Part shown: in pieces, positions 19,901-29,684 of the stretch
Numbering within the stretch: position 1 is the first letter of the stretch
Layout: every line of letters begins with the position of its first letter
DNA from: Candidatus Poribacteria bacterium
GTDB taxonomy: Bacteria; Poribacteria; WGA-4E; PCPOR2b
Reading direction: 5' to 3'
DNA length: 64,000 nucleotides
Assembly (NCBI GenBank): GCA_965215015.1
Contig: OZ244042.1
Location: 3,616,001-3,680,000, forward strand
Program-made: the position numbers and the translations under genes
The notes under the pieces: model-generated
The model's input: only the letters and a program-made list of their open reading frames with translations
The model's database searches: none
Told to the model about the DNA's origin: nothing

Positions 19901-20966
19901 GATCATGAGTAAAAAATCCACTCGCATCGACTTGAGACGGTATTCCACGTCTGTCAAAATTACGTCTTCCAAGGTCTCCATATATGGGGCTCCTGTCATT
20001 CGGTACATGTACAGCCAACTTGTACTCATCAGTGTTATGGGCACCTGTAAGCACGGAGTGCAGGGGTCCGTGAAGGGTGTTGTCCGTTGTCCAGTACGCC
20101 ATCACCGGATGAGCCCCACCGCTACGGTGGGGTGACGAGAGATCACCGTAGTCCGTTATGGAGAGGAGTCCGTCAGTGTTGGTGCCTACTGTTACCAGGG
20201 ATGTTGTGTCCAGCTCCCTCCAATTGTCGCTTGATGTGTCGCCTGGGGCATTGACCCTGTACGTAAATTTATAGGTCTCGGCGGTGAATTTGGTAGGGAA
20301 ACGTATTTGGCAGTAGATTAGATAGGTATGTCTCAATACAGGGTTGACGTTTCTATCTCTGGCCGCTAGGGGCGGGTTCTGCGCTGCTCTATCGGCATCG
20401 TCCAAATCGTACAAATCGCCAGCTGATTGTCTGATTGTTATCTGATTCCCGTCAAGGTATACACCCTTATCACCCCAAACTCCTCCGTCCTCACCCTCAG
20501 TCAAATCCATCTTATGAACAAAGGGGCTCGCGCTAAAATCCGGATGATAGGGTGGATCGCCGTAAACCACTCCATCAGCCCTGAAGATCTGGGGTATTGC
20601 GACGCTTCGTATATTATCGCCGGAGCCTGATATAAGAGTACGCACCCGGGCGTGTATGGAATCAGGGATCAATTCGATCCCCTCTGGGATCGTCACCCGG
20701 AACCCCTCCTTATTGTCGGTGTTGTGTGATATATAAAAAATTCTCAGATTGTAAGCATTGTTATGCCGAATGTCCTTCATCGGAATAAGATCGACGGCTC
20801 TCTGACCGTGTTGGCTCCCGTACGGGAGGATTTGGAAACCTATCAAGTCCGAATGTATCGCGCCCTGCGGCGCAGCGTCGTTAATGAACACCGCCCCAGT
20901 AAACATCAAACTGAGGATAAAAAACACACTTAATTTCCGAAAATTTACATTTTTTGGCTTAATCAC
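13971..20966 (-). CDS. Giant secreted multi-Ig-like-domain surface protein with C-terminal FlgD/T9SS-type sorting-like domain
   Basis: Signal peptide; about 8-9 modules with xFTYTAxxxxxGGxxxLxxPxxW; C-terminus NYPNPFNPETWIPY...WDGRN...SGIYFY...RKMMILK. Confidence 0.85.
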   Translation of the reverse strand: MIKPKNVNFRKLSVFFILSLMFTGAVFINDAAPQGAIHSDLIGFQILPYGSQHGQRAVDLIPMKDIRHNNAYNLRIFYISHNTDNKEGFRVTIPEGIELIPDSIHARVRTLISGSGDNIRSVAIPQIFRADGVVYGDPPYHPDFSASPFVHKMDLTEGEDGGVWGDKGVYLDGNQITIRQSAGDLYDLDDADRAAQNPPLAARDRNVNPVLRHTYLIYCQIRFPTKFTAETYKFTYRVNAPGDTSSDNWRELDTTSLVTVGTNTDGLLSITDYGDLSSPHRSGGAHPVMAYWTTDNTLHGPLHSVLTGAHNTDEYKLAVHVPNDRSPIYGDLGRRNFDRRGIPSQVDASGFFTHDPSIHIRRQRLGDPGVPTNEPRAESDANFYLLVQPAAEVQVGWGFREAAAEAPSEISEITVDTGVDVEDSTLPLAAGSYWNVLKFTYKPTADNLSGGRFRIAFPSAWEVSNKFLLVMDGDTEIYKTDEEGNVSGTDTGRVDFEADKRITVALDSAWGPQRFNRDLIIQLGDVTAPVPSRLRATDNRGTADDTSDDVAYETYEFLCSESARNDVLSLLPSHPVVRVGNIIGGGTDRDPLERKLTIEPGRVFPGETNTRFTLTFTAPGPMHDSSLTIYYSGAIAHLGPQDTPVIDDFNVTIRGGAKLREDPTVVPATIAPGTGFPLTTLNLHIPIKTLDTGQQIIVSYTREDGIGPGTTYSVFTEADTFIEPGIIAHTLVGVGSDPSASLIDVEVIGGDWIDVAGSGKLDLSPASVEAGSQRRDITLTYTAYTDLEGATITIEPDGIVLDDTQKLQTGTSTDYGYVSGSEGLEVNADGNMIEWSGLDLEKGKTVTARIRRVNILAEAKEYPWGVTVAIGADEGEKLKDDPTTDINEGEPILSVVKTSGDAVRFEVDGDDTFRAGSKATINFKFIADATPIRDGEVRLTIPSTLGSPPTKVDATAGEVAVSGDAEKSGGAGGIGADQITVSGRTITVAIGRLDVGESVTITYGAADDSRAVLYHVAGAVQVSGTFRTSRGASTRTAGTATVTLSNVEDGTGTARLSPGSIEAGSSNQAIEVVFTAAGTMDGGAVSLEIPDGWGAMQNDPTQRNYVTVRGAGVSLLPDDINDRYAIATIDTLAEGGSFRFIYGGGTGAAVGAEVQDNVGTAQFVIRSDGDGDGVFEAITSTLEHTDREKIRNPDKTQRIYEDAPGILQVKVTSALDGTGTVTLDTSSVRAASDDVVLVFTYTPSQTIEDGELKFTVPSSWSQPQVEEVSLPGYTEVEGVGLGSVTDDDKFSVTVPIFSLDKANDIRITYGATEAGRAVASATTGVDAFRFAVRGGEDGNLAPIRTQPTVTVNPQASGKGKAVIAVTDGEGTLHTGDTGRELTVTYTAAGQMVGGKVRLEVPADWSAPTAETVSITPAIAPTFSGQMAIVEGVNLSANGTVTFVYTGDVQPKPTADTGVAFAVGVHGGDAADEFDPVSGDETMLTVDVDEARQGAGSGEVAPRIVDAGATGVNLTFTYTAVGIINAPREFRVQVPAGWTAPSSAAMDPENKGTYTVVHRHMGVATTVSVEKLAPVGRDMVARVKLGGLEVEAGDEISFTYHNADAPANREVSNFVMLFDGRPVASNVSVRVQASTPSQLTLSSAGTVSADDGAMPLGITVGLRDADGHEVAMASDVSVTLTSSSAGTFSELAEGTGTESITVTVAAGDVSAMVYYQDSTPGMATITATAPGLTMASHPVTVTTSVIAITEGSVTIEPALAMAGDTVTVSAMGTAGRTVMFSVGSIVTDRSMTEVSSGAYSGSFTVVADQHADGMYDVAVNLNGQSVMVSNALTLDSTMPTVMAMASPETVANGEPVEISATVSDASRITSVMADVSMLDTTQTDAVSLTMGADGSYSASVVVSEDNTAINGSKTITVTAIDAAGNSGSGTAMVTLDNKLSYTSVIPAGTSLFHVPLAVEGLDTVGDLREMLGSDANLLIVYDNTTDLWNSRSDDVPITADLGILVSMSAEATVTFTGYAWDDGASTINLTAGSNLIGLPVNDARLTNVSDIAGLFATGVVVSVVVSTVDGYKSVAAAGDSGDGPVMGDAAYLVTATTDATAALIGTGWSQDTAAAAPIALLSHRVAGQTPVLDVNGSVVDETTGGVQDGFRVKVKNLSTKAALNRVTSAETATGYNMTFVDLKVGHAAQVGDVLEISADSPSPLIGVQPVRHIVTVDDVKATRIELADLIAYEIPSETELLRNYPNPFNPETWIPYRLASDADVVLTIYDTAGQVVRTLDMGHQTAAVYESRAKAIYWDGRNRFGEQVASGIYFYSLSAGEFSATRKMMILK

Positions 20967-21222
20967 AATAAAATCCTTTCACGTGAGTTAATCTAGTTAA
21001 TCTTAGGTTGGTTAACAATGATAGGTACCTTTTCACGTCCTACAGACGCTACTGCAAAAGATAACGTTCTGCCTATTGCTCCTCTTGTCATTCATTAGGT
21101 CAATTATGCACCAAAACGTTGTTGAAAACAGAAAAGGCTAATGGTAAAGTAAAGGGTTTTGAATACACAACTCTATAATACGACCGATCCAAAGACTTGT
21201 CGATCGCAATCGAACATTTTTT

Positions 21223-22079
21223 TTAGAGAATCTGTGGATAGAACCCTGTTTCTTGCAACTGTTGTGCCTGTTTAACAGTTCCCCAGACGGTCATACGCGC
21301 GCTACGACACACGCGGATGATAAACGGAATCCGTTGTGCCTTGAGAAACTTTATCACATATTTAGCACGCGCAAAGCCTCTATCGAATATCAACGTGGGT
21401 TCACACGGGGGCGGTAAAATCGCTTGTGTCTTTTGATACAGTGTGAGACAAAAGCGTTGGATAATCTCATTATGGCTGGTATAGGTCAACTGTTGAATCT
21501 CAGCATCGGTGTAGAGGTGCCAGTAGATAGGAAGCACCCGGCGGCGGAACGGCACCGCGGCAACAATCGCTTTGAAATGGCCAAACACCTGGGTTTCATC
21601 CACTAAAATCAACCGGCGTCCGGCGTGAGGTTCACAGACCCGGCGGAGCACAAAGCCCAACCAGCACCCCATCACCGCGTCAATAGGAAAGCGACGAGCT
21701 AAGAATCGCAGCAGGCGTTTCTGTTTCGTCTTTTGATGTTTGACTGCTACTGGCAAGCGTGAAGCAATTTCGTTTATCCGAAACTTCTGGGCCAACACAA
21801 TGGCTAGGATCGTGAGTATCAGGTTTTTTAACGCCGGTTTTTTCAATACGGGGTTGAAAATCTCGGTCAGAGTGGTTATCATAGAACTGGGATTCACCCG
21901 CTTATGGCGGTGGGTGCCTTTCATAATACCTCCTTGTTTAAAACAATCGATATGTTAGACGATATTTTAGACTTTTAGACAGGGAGGTATTTTACCATAT
22001 CTGACAACCCTTCCTCACATCTATACCTCGCAAAAACAACCAACATTACACCTCTTTAAAAAATGGGGGTAAGTGACAG
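21223..22079 (-). mobile_element. Truncated IS4-like insertion sequence (transposase fragment 21223-21924)
   Basis: ILVDET and IFDRGF acidic motifs, FIIRV; ORF stops before the catalytic Glu; probable terminal repeat CTGTCACTTACCCCCA at 22064-22079, partner end not seen. Confidence 0.7.
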
Positions 22080-22091
22080 GTAAATACGCTG

Positions 22092-22120
22092 TTGAAAGCC
22101 CTTGAGAGATATGCTATACT
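22092..22120 (+). promoter_or_regulatory. Sigma70-type promoter
   Basis: TTGAAA-17 nt-TATACT with extended -10 TG. Confidence 0.65.
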
Positions 22121-22159
22121 AATCACGGGGTGGCAAGATCGGAGGAAACGAGGAGAATC

Positions 22160-22882
22160 GTGAATCCTTGGATAAAGGAAAAAAGGGAAAAATACTTACG
22201 CGCCTGGGATCGGCGGGCGACAATTGTCTTGCTTGGCGCATCTGTGCTATTGACATTGTACCGTTTTATTGGGCGCAGAAGAGTTTTTACCCAGCACTTT
22301 GGGAAGTTCTTCATCCGGCATCCGCTCAGGAGAATTTTTCCGTACTTCTACTGGTTTTGGATGAGCGCGGTCACACTGTTGCTATTGCCCGTCCTTGTGG
22401 TAAAATTTGGCATAAAGGACAAAATCCATGACTACGGCTTCCGATTGACTCACGGCAAATTGGGTTGGGGATTTGTCCTTGGGGGGTGGCTGTTCATGCT
22501 GCCGCTGATTGCCCTAGCCTTGCAGTTTTTCCCCGCTTTCCAGCAGAAATATCCGCTCTCGGACGTTGCTGGAACCAACTGGAAGGTATTCATCGCGTAC
22601 GAAATTTCTTATGGCGTTTACATGTTCTGTTGGGAGTTTTTCTTCCGCGGCTTCATGCTCTTTGGGTTGGAAAAACAGTTTGGCAATTATAGCATTCTCA
22701 TTCAAACCATCCCGTTTGTTGTCAAGCACGCTAGCAAACCTTTTGCAGAAGCGATGGGCTCAATTGTTACAGGGATTGTGCTTGGTGTCCTCGCTCTGGA
22801 AACGCGGTCTTTTATTTACGGCGCAGCAGTCCACTGGCTTGTCGCCATGTCAATGGATGTTTTCGCACTCGCGTGGAAGTGA
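22160..22882 (+). CDS. CPBP (CAAX/Abi) family intramembrane metalloprotease
   Basis: WEFFFRG, FxxxH, HxxxA motifs; multiple TM helices; GTG after AGGAG. Confidence 0.85.
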   Translation: MNPWIKEKREKYLRAWDRRATIVLLGASVLLTLYRFIGRRRVFTQHFGKFFIRHPLRRIFPYFYWFWMSAVTLLLLPVLVVKFGIKDKIHDYGFRLTHGKLGWGFVLGGWLFMLPLIALALQFFPAFQQKYPLSDVAGTNWKVFIAYEISYGVYMFCWEFFFRGFMLFGLEKQFGNYSILIQTIPFVVKHASKPFAEAMGSIVTGIVLGVLALETRSFIYGAAVHWLVAMSMDVFALAWK

Positions 22883-22891
22883 GGAGAGGTG

Positions 22892-24445
22892 ATGAAGGTT
22901 GTTACCGCACAAGAGATGCGTCGAATCGATCAGCAAACCATCGAGCAAATCGGCATCCCCGGTGCCGTATTGATGGAACATGCGGGGAGTGCTGTTGTCC
23001 GAGCCATCCACCAATACTTCCCCGAATGCCAGCGTATCGCGATTGTTGTCGGCAAAGGAAACAATGGTGGCGATGGATTGGTCGTTGCGAGACAACTCGC
23101 GCTTGCCGGTCAACCGATTCAGATTTTCCTCGTTTCGCCTCCAGAGAGCTTCGCTGGAGATGCCTTAACCAACCTGCAAATTGTACAAAATTTGAATCTG
23201 CCGATCACTCGGATTCTTTCGGAAGACGAACTAAAACGGTTGAAAAGCCAAATTATGTCATCGGATCTCATCGTTGATTCTATTTTCGGCACCGGGTTGC
23301 GGGGTGGTGTGCACGGCTTTATTGGGGAGGTCATTGCATGTATCAACGAATCGGGACGTCCGGTGGTTGCCATCGATCTTCCGTCTGGGCTAGCGGCGGA
23401 CACAGGGAGGGCGGAAGGGGCGTGCATCCAAGCGGCTTATACTGTCGCCATGGGGCTTCCCAAACGGGGTAACCTTATTCATCCGGGGGGAACCCTCACA
23501 GGCAAACTTGAGATTGCTGACATCGGGTTCCCACAGAGTGTCATTGATGCCCAAAATATTCAAATCAATTGGACTCAACCGTCGGACGCTGCGCGAATTC
23601 TACCACTGCGTCCGACGCATTCGCACAAAGGCACCTATGGGCGTGTTTTTGTCGCCGCTGCCTCTACCGGCATGACCGGTGCCGCAGCCTTGACGAGCGC
23701 AGGAGCCTTGCGGGTCGGGGCGGGTTTAGTAACGCTCGGAACCCCGAAAAGCCTCAATTCGATTTTGGAAATGAAACTCACCGAGGTAATGACGCTTCCC
23801 TTGCCTGAGACAGGGGAGGGATCTTTGGCGTTGGCAGCAAAATCACATATCATTGAAGTTGTCGAGCGAACCCAATCCGTTCTCGCGATTGGTCCTGGGC
23901 TTTCACAACACCCTGAAACCGTTGCACTCGTTCACAGCTTAATCCGCGACAGCGATACCCCAACTGTCATCGATGCCGATGGGGTAAACGCTCTCTCAAA
24001 ATCAAAAGAGATTCTCTCATTGCTATCGTCCCAAACAGTACTCACACCCCATCCGGGCGAAATGGCGAGGCTTATCGGCGGAACTGTCGAAGCGTTGGAA
24101 CGGGATCGGATTGGAATCGCCCAACAATTCGCGCTCGCACACGATGTTACACTTGTCCTCAAAGGGGCACCGACGGTCATTGCACGCGGAAATGGAGAGG
24201 TGTGGATTAATTCAACCGGAAATCCCGGTATGGCAACCGGCGGCATGGGGGATGTGCTGACAGGCCTCATCGCGGGGTTGATGGCGCAAAAAGTGTCCCC
24301 CTTCGATGCCGCCCGGCTGGGCGTCTACCTCCACGGACTTGCAGGAGACATCGTCGCCGAATCAATCGGAATGCACGGATTAATGGCAGGGGATGTATTG
24401 AACAACATCCCCAAAGCGATAAAACTGTGCGGTGCACAGTCCTAA
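22892..24445 (+). CDS. nnr: Bifunctional NAD(P)H-hydrate epimerase/dehydratase (NnrE-NnrD)
   Basis: LMEHAG, GKGNNGGDG, DSIFGTG, HKGTYG, LTPHPGE, MATGGMGDVLTG. Confidence 0.95.
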   Translation: MKVVTAQEMRRIDQQTIEQIGIPGAVLMEHAGSAVVRAIHQYFPECQRIAIVVGKGNNGGDGLVVARQLALAGQPIQIFLVSPPESFAGDALTNLQIVQNLNLPITRILSEDELKRLKSQIMSSDLIVDSIFGTGLRGGVHGFIGEVIACINESGRPVVAIDLPSGLAADTGRAEGACIQAAYTVAMGLPKRGNLIHPGGTLTGKLEIADIGFPQSVIDAQNIQINWTQPSDAARILPLRPTHSHKGTYGRVFVAAASTGMTGAAALTSAGALRVGAGLVTLGTPKSLNSILEMKLTEVMTLPLPETGEGSLALAAKSHIIEVVERTQSVLAIGPGLSQHPETVALVHSLIRDSDTPTVIDADGVNALSKSKEILSLLSSQTVLTPHPGEMARLIGGTVEALERDRIGIAQQFALAHDVTLVLKGAPTVIARGNGEVWINSTGNPGMATGGMGDVLTGLIAGLMAQKVSPFDAARLGVYLHGLAGDIVAESIGMHGLMAGDVLNNIPKAIKLCGAQS

Positions 24446-24469
24446 TACCCAAAGAAGAAAGGATTAGCC

Positions 24470-25414
24470 ATGAAAATTATCACCCATCGTTTGAGCGAAG
24501 AACAGCTCGCAGCCGCCCGCGCAATCGTTCCTGATGCCGACTTTGTGACACCGGCAACGGATGAGGAACTGCAACGCGAGATTGAGGATGCGGACGCTAT
24601 TTTTGGTCGAGCAACGCCCGAACTCATCCGTCGTGCCAAAAAACTCCGTTGGATTCAGACCGGAAGTGTTGGCGTTGAAGGACTTAGATTCCCCGAACTG
24701 ATCAATAGCGATATCGTCCTCGCAAATGCACGGGGCACAACTGCGGTTAATATTGCCGAGCATGTCATGGCACTTATCCTCGCTTTCACGCGCACACTCA
24801 ATATTACGATTAAGCAGCAGATGGAGAAGGTGTGGGAAAGCCGTGCAAATATGCCGGTGCTCGAAATTGCCGGGGAAACAATCGGTATCCTTGGCCTTGG
24901 CAGCATCGGGTTACAGGTCGCCAAGCGTGCAACCGCTTTTGATATGCGCATCCTCGCGGTTGATCCGACGCAGACACACAAGCCCGATTACGTTGAATCT
25001 CTCTGGAAAACCGATAGGCTGCACGACATGCTAAGTCAATCGGATTGGGTTGCTATCTGCTGTCCGCTGACGACGGAGACAGAGGGCATCATGGGCGCAG
25101 CTGAATTTCGGGCGATGAAGTCAACGGCATTCCTAATTAATATTGCAAGGGGAAAAATTGTTGACCAAGCCGCATTGGTTGAAGCACTGCGCGCGAACGA
25201 GCTCGCCGGGGCTGGTCTTGACGCTTTGGATCCGGAGCCGCTCCCACAGGATAGTCCACTATGGGAAATGGAAAATGTTATCGTTACACCACATCACGCC
25301 GGTCAGTCTCCGAAAGCACCCAATCGTGTTTTTGAACTCTTCTGTGAAAATCTCAAACGTTTTGTCGCAGGCGAACCGTTGATTAATGTGGTTGATAAGA
25401 CACGGTGGTACTAA
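24470..25414 (+). CDS. D-2-hydroxyacid dehydrogenase family protein
   Basis: GLGSIG, INIARG, GAGLD...PEPL, TPHHAG. Confidence 0.92.
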   Translation: MKIITHRLSEEQLAAARAIVPDADFVTPATDEELQREIEDADAIFGRATPELIRRAKKLRWIQTGSVGVEGLRFPELINSDIVLANARGTTAVNIAEHVMALILAFTRTLNITIKQQMEKVWESRANMPVLEIAGETIGILGLGSIGLQVAKRATAFDMRILAVDPTQTHKPDYVESLWKTDRLHDMLSQSDWVAICCPLTTETEGIMGAAEFRAMKSTAFLINIARGKIVDQAALVEALRANELAGAGLDALDPEPLPQDSPLWEMENVIVTPHHAGQSPKAPNRVFELFCENLKRFVAGEPLINVVDKTRWY

Positions 25415-25732
25415 GATAACGCAAGTTGCTAGTAGTAGGCATACTCTGCATGCCGTAACTTTTGTCCCATCAATCCATTGAGTTCAAGAGCTCATTCATT
25501 GCACCAATGAGCTGCTGAACCAACATAGCTCCAGTTGCTTTGAATCCCGATTTTATCGGGGAGGATTGCAATAGATAGTGGCACAGGGCCTGCCCTCAAT
25601 GAAATCGGGGTTTTGAAACCTGCGTCACGATTGGACTGTAATTTTTAGATGGCAGCTTGAGTGAAAATTCCATGGCTATCCAACTAACAACTTGGGTTAA
25701 GATATAAAAACTGAGAGGGAGAACCCTCTGAC

Positions 25733-26791
25733 ATGCAAAATGAAGTATTACCAACAATTGCAATCACTACCGGCGATCCGGCTGGTATCGGTCCCGAAGT
25801 TGTCCTCAAAGCATTGGCGGATCAGGAATTGTTAAATACCGCTCGATGGGTAGTCATTGGCGATGCAGCCATTCTTCACATGATGGGGAAGCGAATCGGT
25901 CTGAAGCCACCGGATTGTATCGTCCAAGATGGCAAACAAATTGTTGCACAGTGGTCCTGTTATAAAGCCGGGCAGAAAGGTCCCGAAACCTTACAGGCGT
26001 GCCTGCTGGATTTACGCCAACTTGAGCCCTTCCAGTTTACCATAGGAAATCTCAGTGCCGACTGTGGTCGTGCTGCACTCAAATATGTCCGTACGGCGAC
26101 ACAGCTCTGCCTTGATGGTCAGGCTGATGCTATGGTAACTGCTCCTTTGAATAAGGAAGCGGTGGCTTTAACCGATCAATACTTCACGGGCCATACAGAA
26201 TTTATCGCGGCCCTGTCCGGGGCAGCAGAATCACGGATGCTGCTCGTCAACGATCGCCTCCGGGTCATTCACGTCTCTACCCACTGTTCACTACGGAACG
26301 CCTGCGAGTTAGACACTCCCAGAATTCTGCGTACTATTCAGCTCGGTAATGAGGCACTCCAATCGCTTGGCTTTGCCCACCCAAGAATTGCTGTGTGTGG
26401 GCTCAATCCGCACGCCGGCGAAAATGGGTTATTTGGGAGCGAAGATTTTGAATTAATCGTTCCCGCAATCCGATTCGCCCAGAATATGGGTCTGGCCTGT
26501 GAGGGACCGTTTCCTGCCGACACAATTTTTGTGCAGGCGGTTAGGGGCGCATATGATCTGGTGGTGGCGATGTATCACGATCAAGGCCATGTTCCCATGA
26601 AGCTGCTTGACTTTGAACACACCATCAACGTCTCTTTGGGACTTCCCATTATTCGGACATCTGTCGACCACGGCACGGCATTCGACATCGCCGGGAAAAA
26701 TCAGGCAGATCCTAGCAGTATGAAGGCAGCGATGAAACTAGCGGTTACTATGTCATTGAATCAGCGCAAAGTTGGCAGCAATTCTGTCTAA
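25733..26791 (+). CDS. pdxA: 4-hydroxythreonine-4-phosphate dehydrogenase PdxA family
   Basis: GDPAGIGPE, GHTE, GLNPHAGE, MYHDQG, RTSVDHGTAFDIAG. Confidence 0.93.
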   Translation: MQNEVLPTIAITTGDPAGIGPEVVLKALADQELLNTARWVVIGDAAILHMMGKRIGLKPPDCIVQDGKQIVAQWSCYKAGQKGPETLQACLLDLRQLEPFQFTIGNLSADCGRAALKYVRTATQLCLDGQADAMVTAPLNKEAVALTDQYFTGHTEFIAALSGAAESRMLLVNDRLRVIHVSTHCSLRNACELDTPRILRTIQLGNEALQSLGFAHPRIAVCGLNPHAGENGLFGSEDFELIVPAIRFAQNMGLACEGPFPADTIFVQAVRGAYDLVVAMYHDQGHVPMKLLDFEHTINVSLGLPIIRTSVDHGTAFDIAGKNQADPSSMKAAMKLAVTMSLNQRKVGSNSV

Positions 26792-26822
26792 CCGTACCGT
26801 CATAGTGAGGAAGAGAAAAACC

Positions 26823-29684
26823 ATGAAATCATTCAAGCCTATGCTATTTCGATACCTACCCGCGATCTTGATAGTTTTAATCGTAACACCTCCGATTGCG
26901 ACAGGTAGCGAAGCGGTTGAAAAAGATTACCGTAACGTCCTGAAAGAGAAAAAACCGGAAAAACAGGTCAAAAAGCATCGAGACCTAATCAACAAGTGGA
27001 AAGAGAAAGGGCACCTCGAACTCCTAATTTCCCTTTATGAGACCGATGCAGAGACGGAACACGTCAACGCAGGTTTACACTATGGTCTAGGCTACGCTTA
27101 CGCTACGCAGGGGAGAATAGACATGACGCAGACCGTTGGCCTCTTTGAAAAGGCAGCGAACCAATTTGAGCAGGCCATCCTCCTCGTTCCGACTCTGTCG
27201 CAGGCACACTTCAGTCTTGGTGCTATCTATCAAGAGCAGGAAAAGTTAGAACTCGCGGCCCAAGCGATGGAGGCGTGTTTGAAATTGAATCCCAAGTACT
27301 ACCCTGCCTACTATCGGCTCGGTGAAATTCACCTCCAACAGGATAATCCCGAAGCCGCACTGGAGGCGTTTCAAGCGGTGCAAAAAATCAACAAAAAATG
27401 GGCGCGTTCCTACTACGGAATCGGATTGGCCCATTTCAAACAGGGAAATGACAACGCTGCCAGAGAAGCCTTCGAGGAAGCAATTTACCGCGACCCAAAA
27501 CTTGCCCCCGCCCACTTCAAACTAGGTCAAGTCTTCGCAAAGGAAGGCTTCTTTGACGATGCCTGGGGTGAATATGAGGCAGGACAGAAATACCAACCGT
27601 ATACCGCGGAAGACTTGTACGAGCTCGGCACAATTTTCGTCCAAGCAGGGAACGAAGAAGGTGCAATTGACATATTCCGACGTATTATCGATACCATTGA
27701 CCCGACACACACCGCCGCACTCCTTCAACTCGGCGAAATCTATTACGCCGCAGGGGAGGAAGGAATGGCAATTGAGCACTACAAACAGGCAATCGAAGCA
27801 GATGCGTCTCTTAAGGATTACTTTATAGAACAGCTAGGTCCCTATCACGCCGGATTGATGGGGAGGGGCGCAGCGAAATCTATCCTCAAACGGTTTTTGG
27901 CGGTTATCCCCGATGATCCACGGGCATCGTTCTACTACGCTCAAATTGAGGCTGACGCGGGCAACTTGGCTGCTGCTATCCGATATTATGAAAAGACGAT
28001 TGCGTTGATTGAGTCTGATGAGACCCAGCTGGAGGTCGAATTCGCACCGGAACATCTGCTGGAGGTTTATCGGTTTTTGGGAGATGCCTACTACCAACAG
28101 GGAAGTCGGGAAAAAGCAAGAGCAGCCTATAAGCGTACAATTGAATCGGACCCGGAGCTAGAACGATATTTCTTCAATCAGGGCAAATCGGCTTTCGATG
28201 CAGGGCAATATGACTTAGCAATTGAGCCTTTTAACAAGTTCCTCCTCATCTATCCGGGGAACATCAAAGCGACGTATCTGCTTGGACGCAGCCACGAAGC
28301 ATCAGGAGAGGCTGAAAATGCGTTGCGCCTTTATGTGCGAACCCTTGAACTGAATGCGAATCATAGGGATGCCCTGATGCGCTCGGCACAAATTTATCGT
28401 GAGCAGGATGAACAGCAAAGCGCACTGACGATGCTGACGAGGTTAACCGCAATCGATCCCACAAATGTTGAGGCATACTATCTTTCAGGCATATTGCATG
28501 TTGAATTAGGACACTTTGAGGAAGCCCTTGATGCCTTCTTGGCAACGATTCGTCTCAATCCGGATCATCTTGATGCCCACTATCAAATCGCGTCCTTGTA
28601 TGAACAGCAAGGAAACACGGATAACGTCATCAAGCAGTATGAAACGATAATCAAACTCGATCCCTCCAAGGCAGATCCATTCCTTCGCCTTGGAAAACTT
28701 TATCTTGAACGAGGCAATAAAGATAACGTTATCCGTGTATATGGACCCGGTTTGGAAATCGAACCCAACCATCCGCAGGCGCAGTACGACCTCGCGGTAC
28801 TTTTTGAAGAACGCGAGGCAACCGAAAAAGCTATCAAGCACTTAGGACTCGCTAACCGATATGATGATGGACATTTCGACTGGCACTTCCGCTACGCTCG
28901 TTTGTTAGACCGTTATGCTGAAACGTTGGAAGATTATGATACCTATGCGGCGAGGGCGGTTGAGGAATACAACAAGACCATCGATTTAAAAAATGATTAT
29001 GCGCCAGCCTACCTCTATCGTGGATTGATCACCCGTCGCTACAAACAGATTGGTGACATGCTCTACCGATACGGTCAGATTGCAGAGGATTTCAAACGAG
29101 TGATTGCCCTTGAACCGAACAATTCTGATGCACACTACCATCTCGGCATGACGTACATAGATTTGGATCAACGCCAAGACGCCAAAGAAATATTTCTAAA
29201 AACCCTTCAATTCAATAAAGAGTATACAGGTATCTATCTTCACCTTGGATTAATTGCGGAATGGGCAGGTGAGTATAAGGAAGCGATCAGCTATTTTGAA
29301 AAGGAGCTTGAAATCGATCCAGAATCCGTCGCAGCCTATCAACGTCTCGGCGATCTCTACAGTAATCATAGCACAGACTTTGGGCGTGCTAAGGAAACAT
29401 TGGAGAAAGCGTTGGAGCTACAACCGAACCATGTGGCAACGTTGCTTAACTACGCAAGTACGCTCTACTATCTGGATCAGCTCGGTGCAGCGACAGAGCA
29501 GTTTGAAATTGTGATTCAATTAAATCCAAAGAATTTGACAGCAAACTATAATCTCGCTTTGATGTATGAGTACACCGGCAAAACGCAGCAAGCAATTAAT
29601 CGATGGAAAAAATTCCTTGAACTGAACCCACCCGCTGAATGGAAAGAAGATGCCGAACAACATTTACGGCAACTTCAGCCATAA
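26823..29684 (+). CDS. Large secreted tetratricopeptide-repeat protein
   Basis: Signal peptide followed by many 34-aa TPR units (AHFSLG...; AYYRLG...; ANYNLA). Confidence 0.9.
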   Translation: MKSFKPMLFRYLPAILIVLIVTPPIATGSEAVEKDYRNVLKEKKPEKQVKKHRDLINKWKEKGHLELLISLYETDAETEHVNAGLHYGLGYAYATQGRIDMTQTVGLFEKAANQFEQAILLVPTLSQAHFSLGAIYQEQEKLELAAQAMEACLKLNPKYYPAYYRLGEIHLQQDNPEAALEAFQAVQKINKKWARSYYGIGLAHFKQGNDNAAREAFEEAIYRDPKLAPAHFKLGQVFAKEGFFDDAWGEYEAGQKYQPYTAEDLYELGTIFVQAGNEEGAIDIFRRIIDTIDPTHTAALLQLGEIYYAAGEEGMAIEHYKQAIEADASLKDYFIEQLGPYHAGLMGRGAAKSILKRFLAVIPDDPRASFYYAQIEADAGNLAAAIRYYEKTIALIESDETQLEVEFAPEHLLEVYRFLGDAYYQQGSREKARAAYKRTIESDPELERYFFNQGKSAFDAGQYDLAIEPFNKFLLIYPGNIKATYLLGRSHEASGEAENALRLYVRTLELNANHRDALMRSAQIYREQDEQQSALTMLTRLTAIDPTNVEAYYLSGILHVELGHFEEALDAFLATIRLNPDHLDAHYQIASLYEQQGNTDNVIKQYETIIKLDPSKADPFLRLGKLYLERGNKDNVIRVYGPGLEIEPNHPQAQYDLAVLFEEREATEKAIKHLGLANRYDDGHFDWHFRYARLLDRYAETLEDYDTYAARAVEEYNKTIDLKNDYAPAYLYRGLITRRYKQIGDMLYRYGQIAEDFKRVIALEPNNSDAHYHLGMTYIDLDQRQDAKEIFLKTLQFNKEYTGIYLHLGLIAEWAGEYKEAISYFEKELEIDPESVAAYQRLGDLYSNHSTDFGRAKETLEKALELQPNHVATLLNYASTLYYLDQLGAATEQFEIVIQLNPKNLTANYNLALMYEYTGKTQQAINRWKKFLELNPPAEWKEDAEQHLRQLQP

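Noticed and set aside
14412-20630. Numerous plus-strand ORFs opposite the giant gene
   Set aside because: Antisense shadow frames from GC-rich codon bias.
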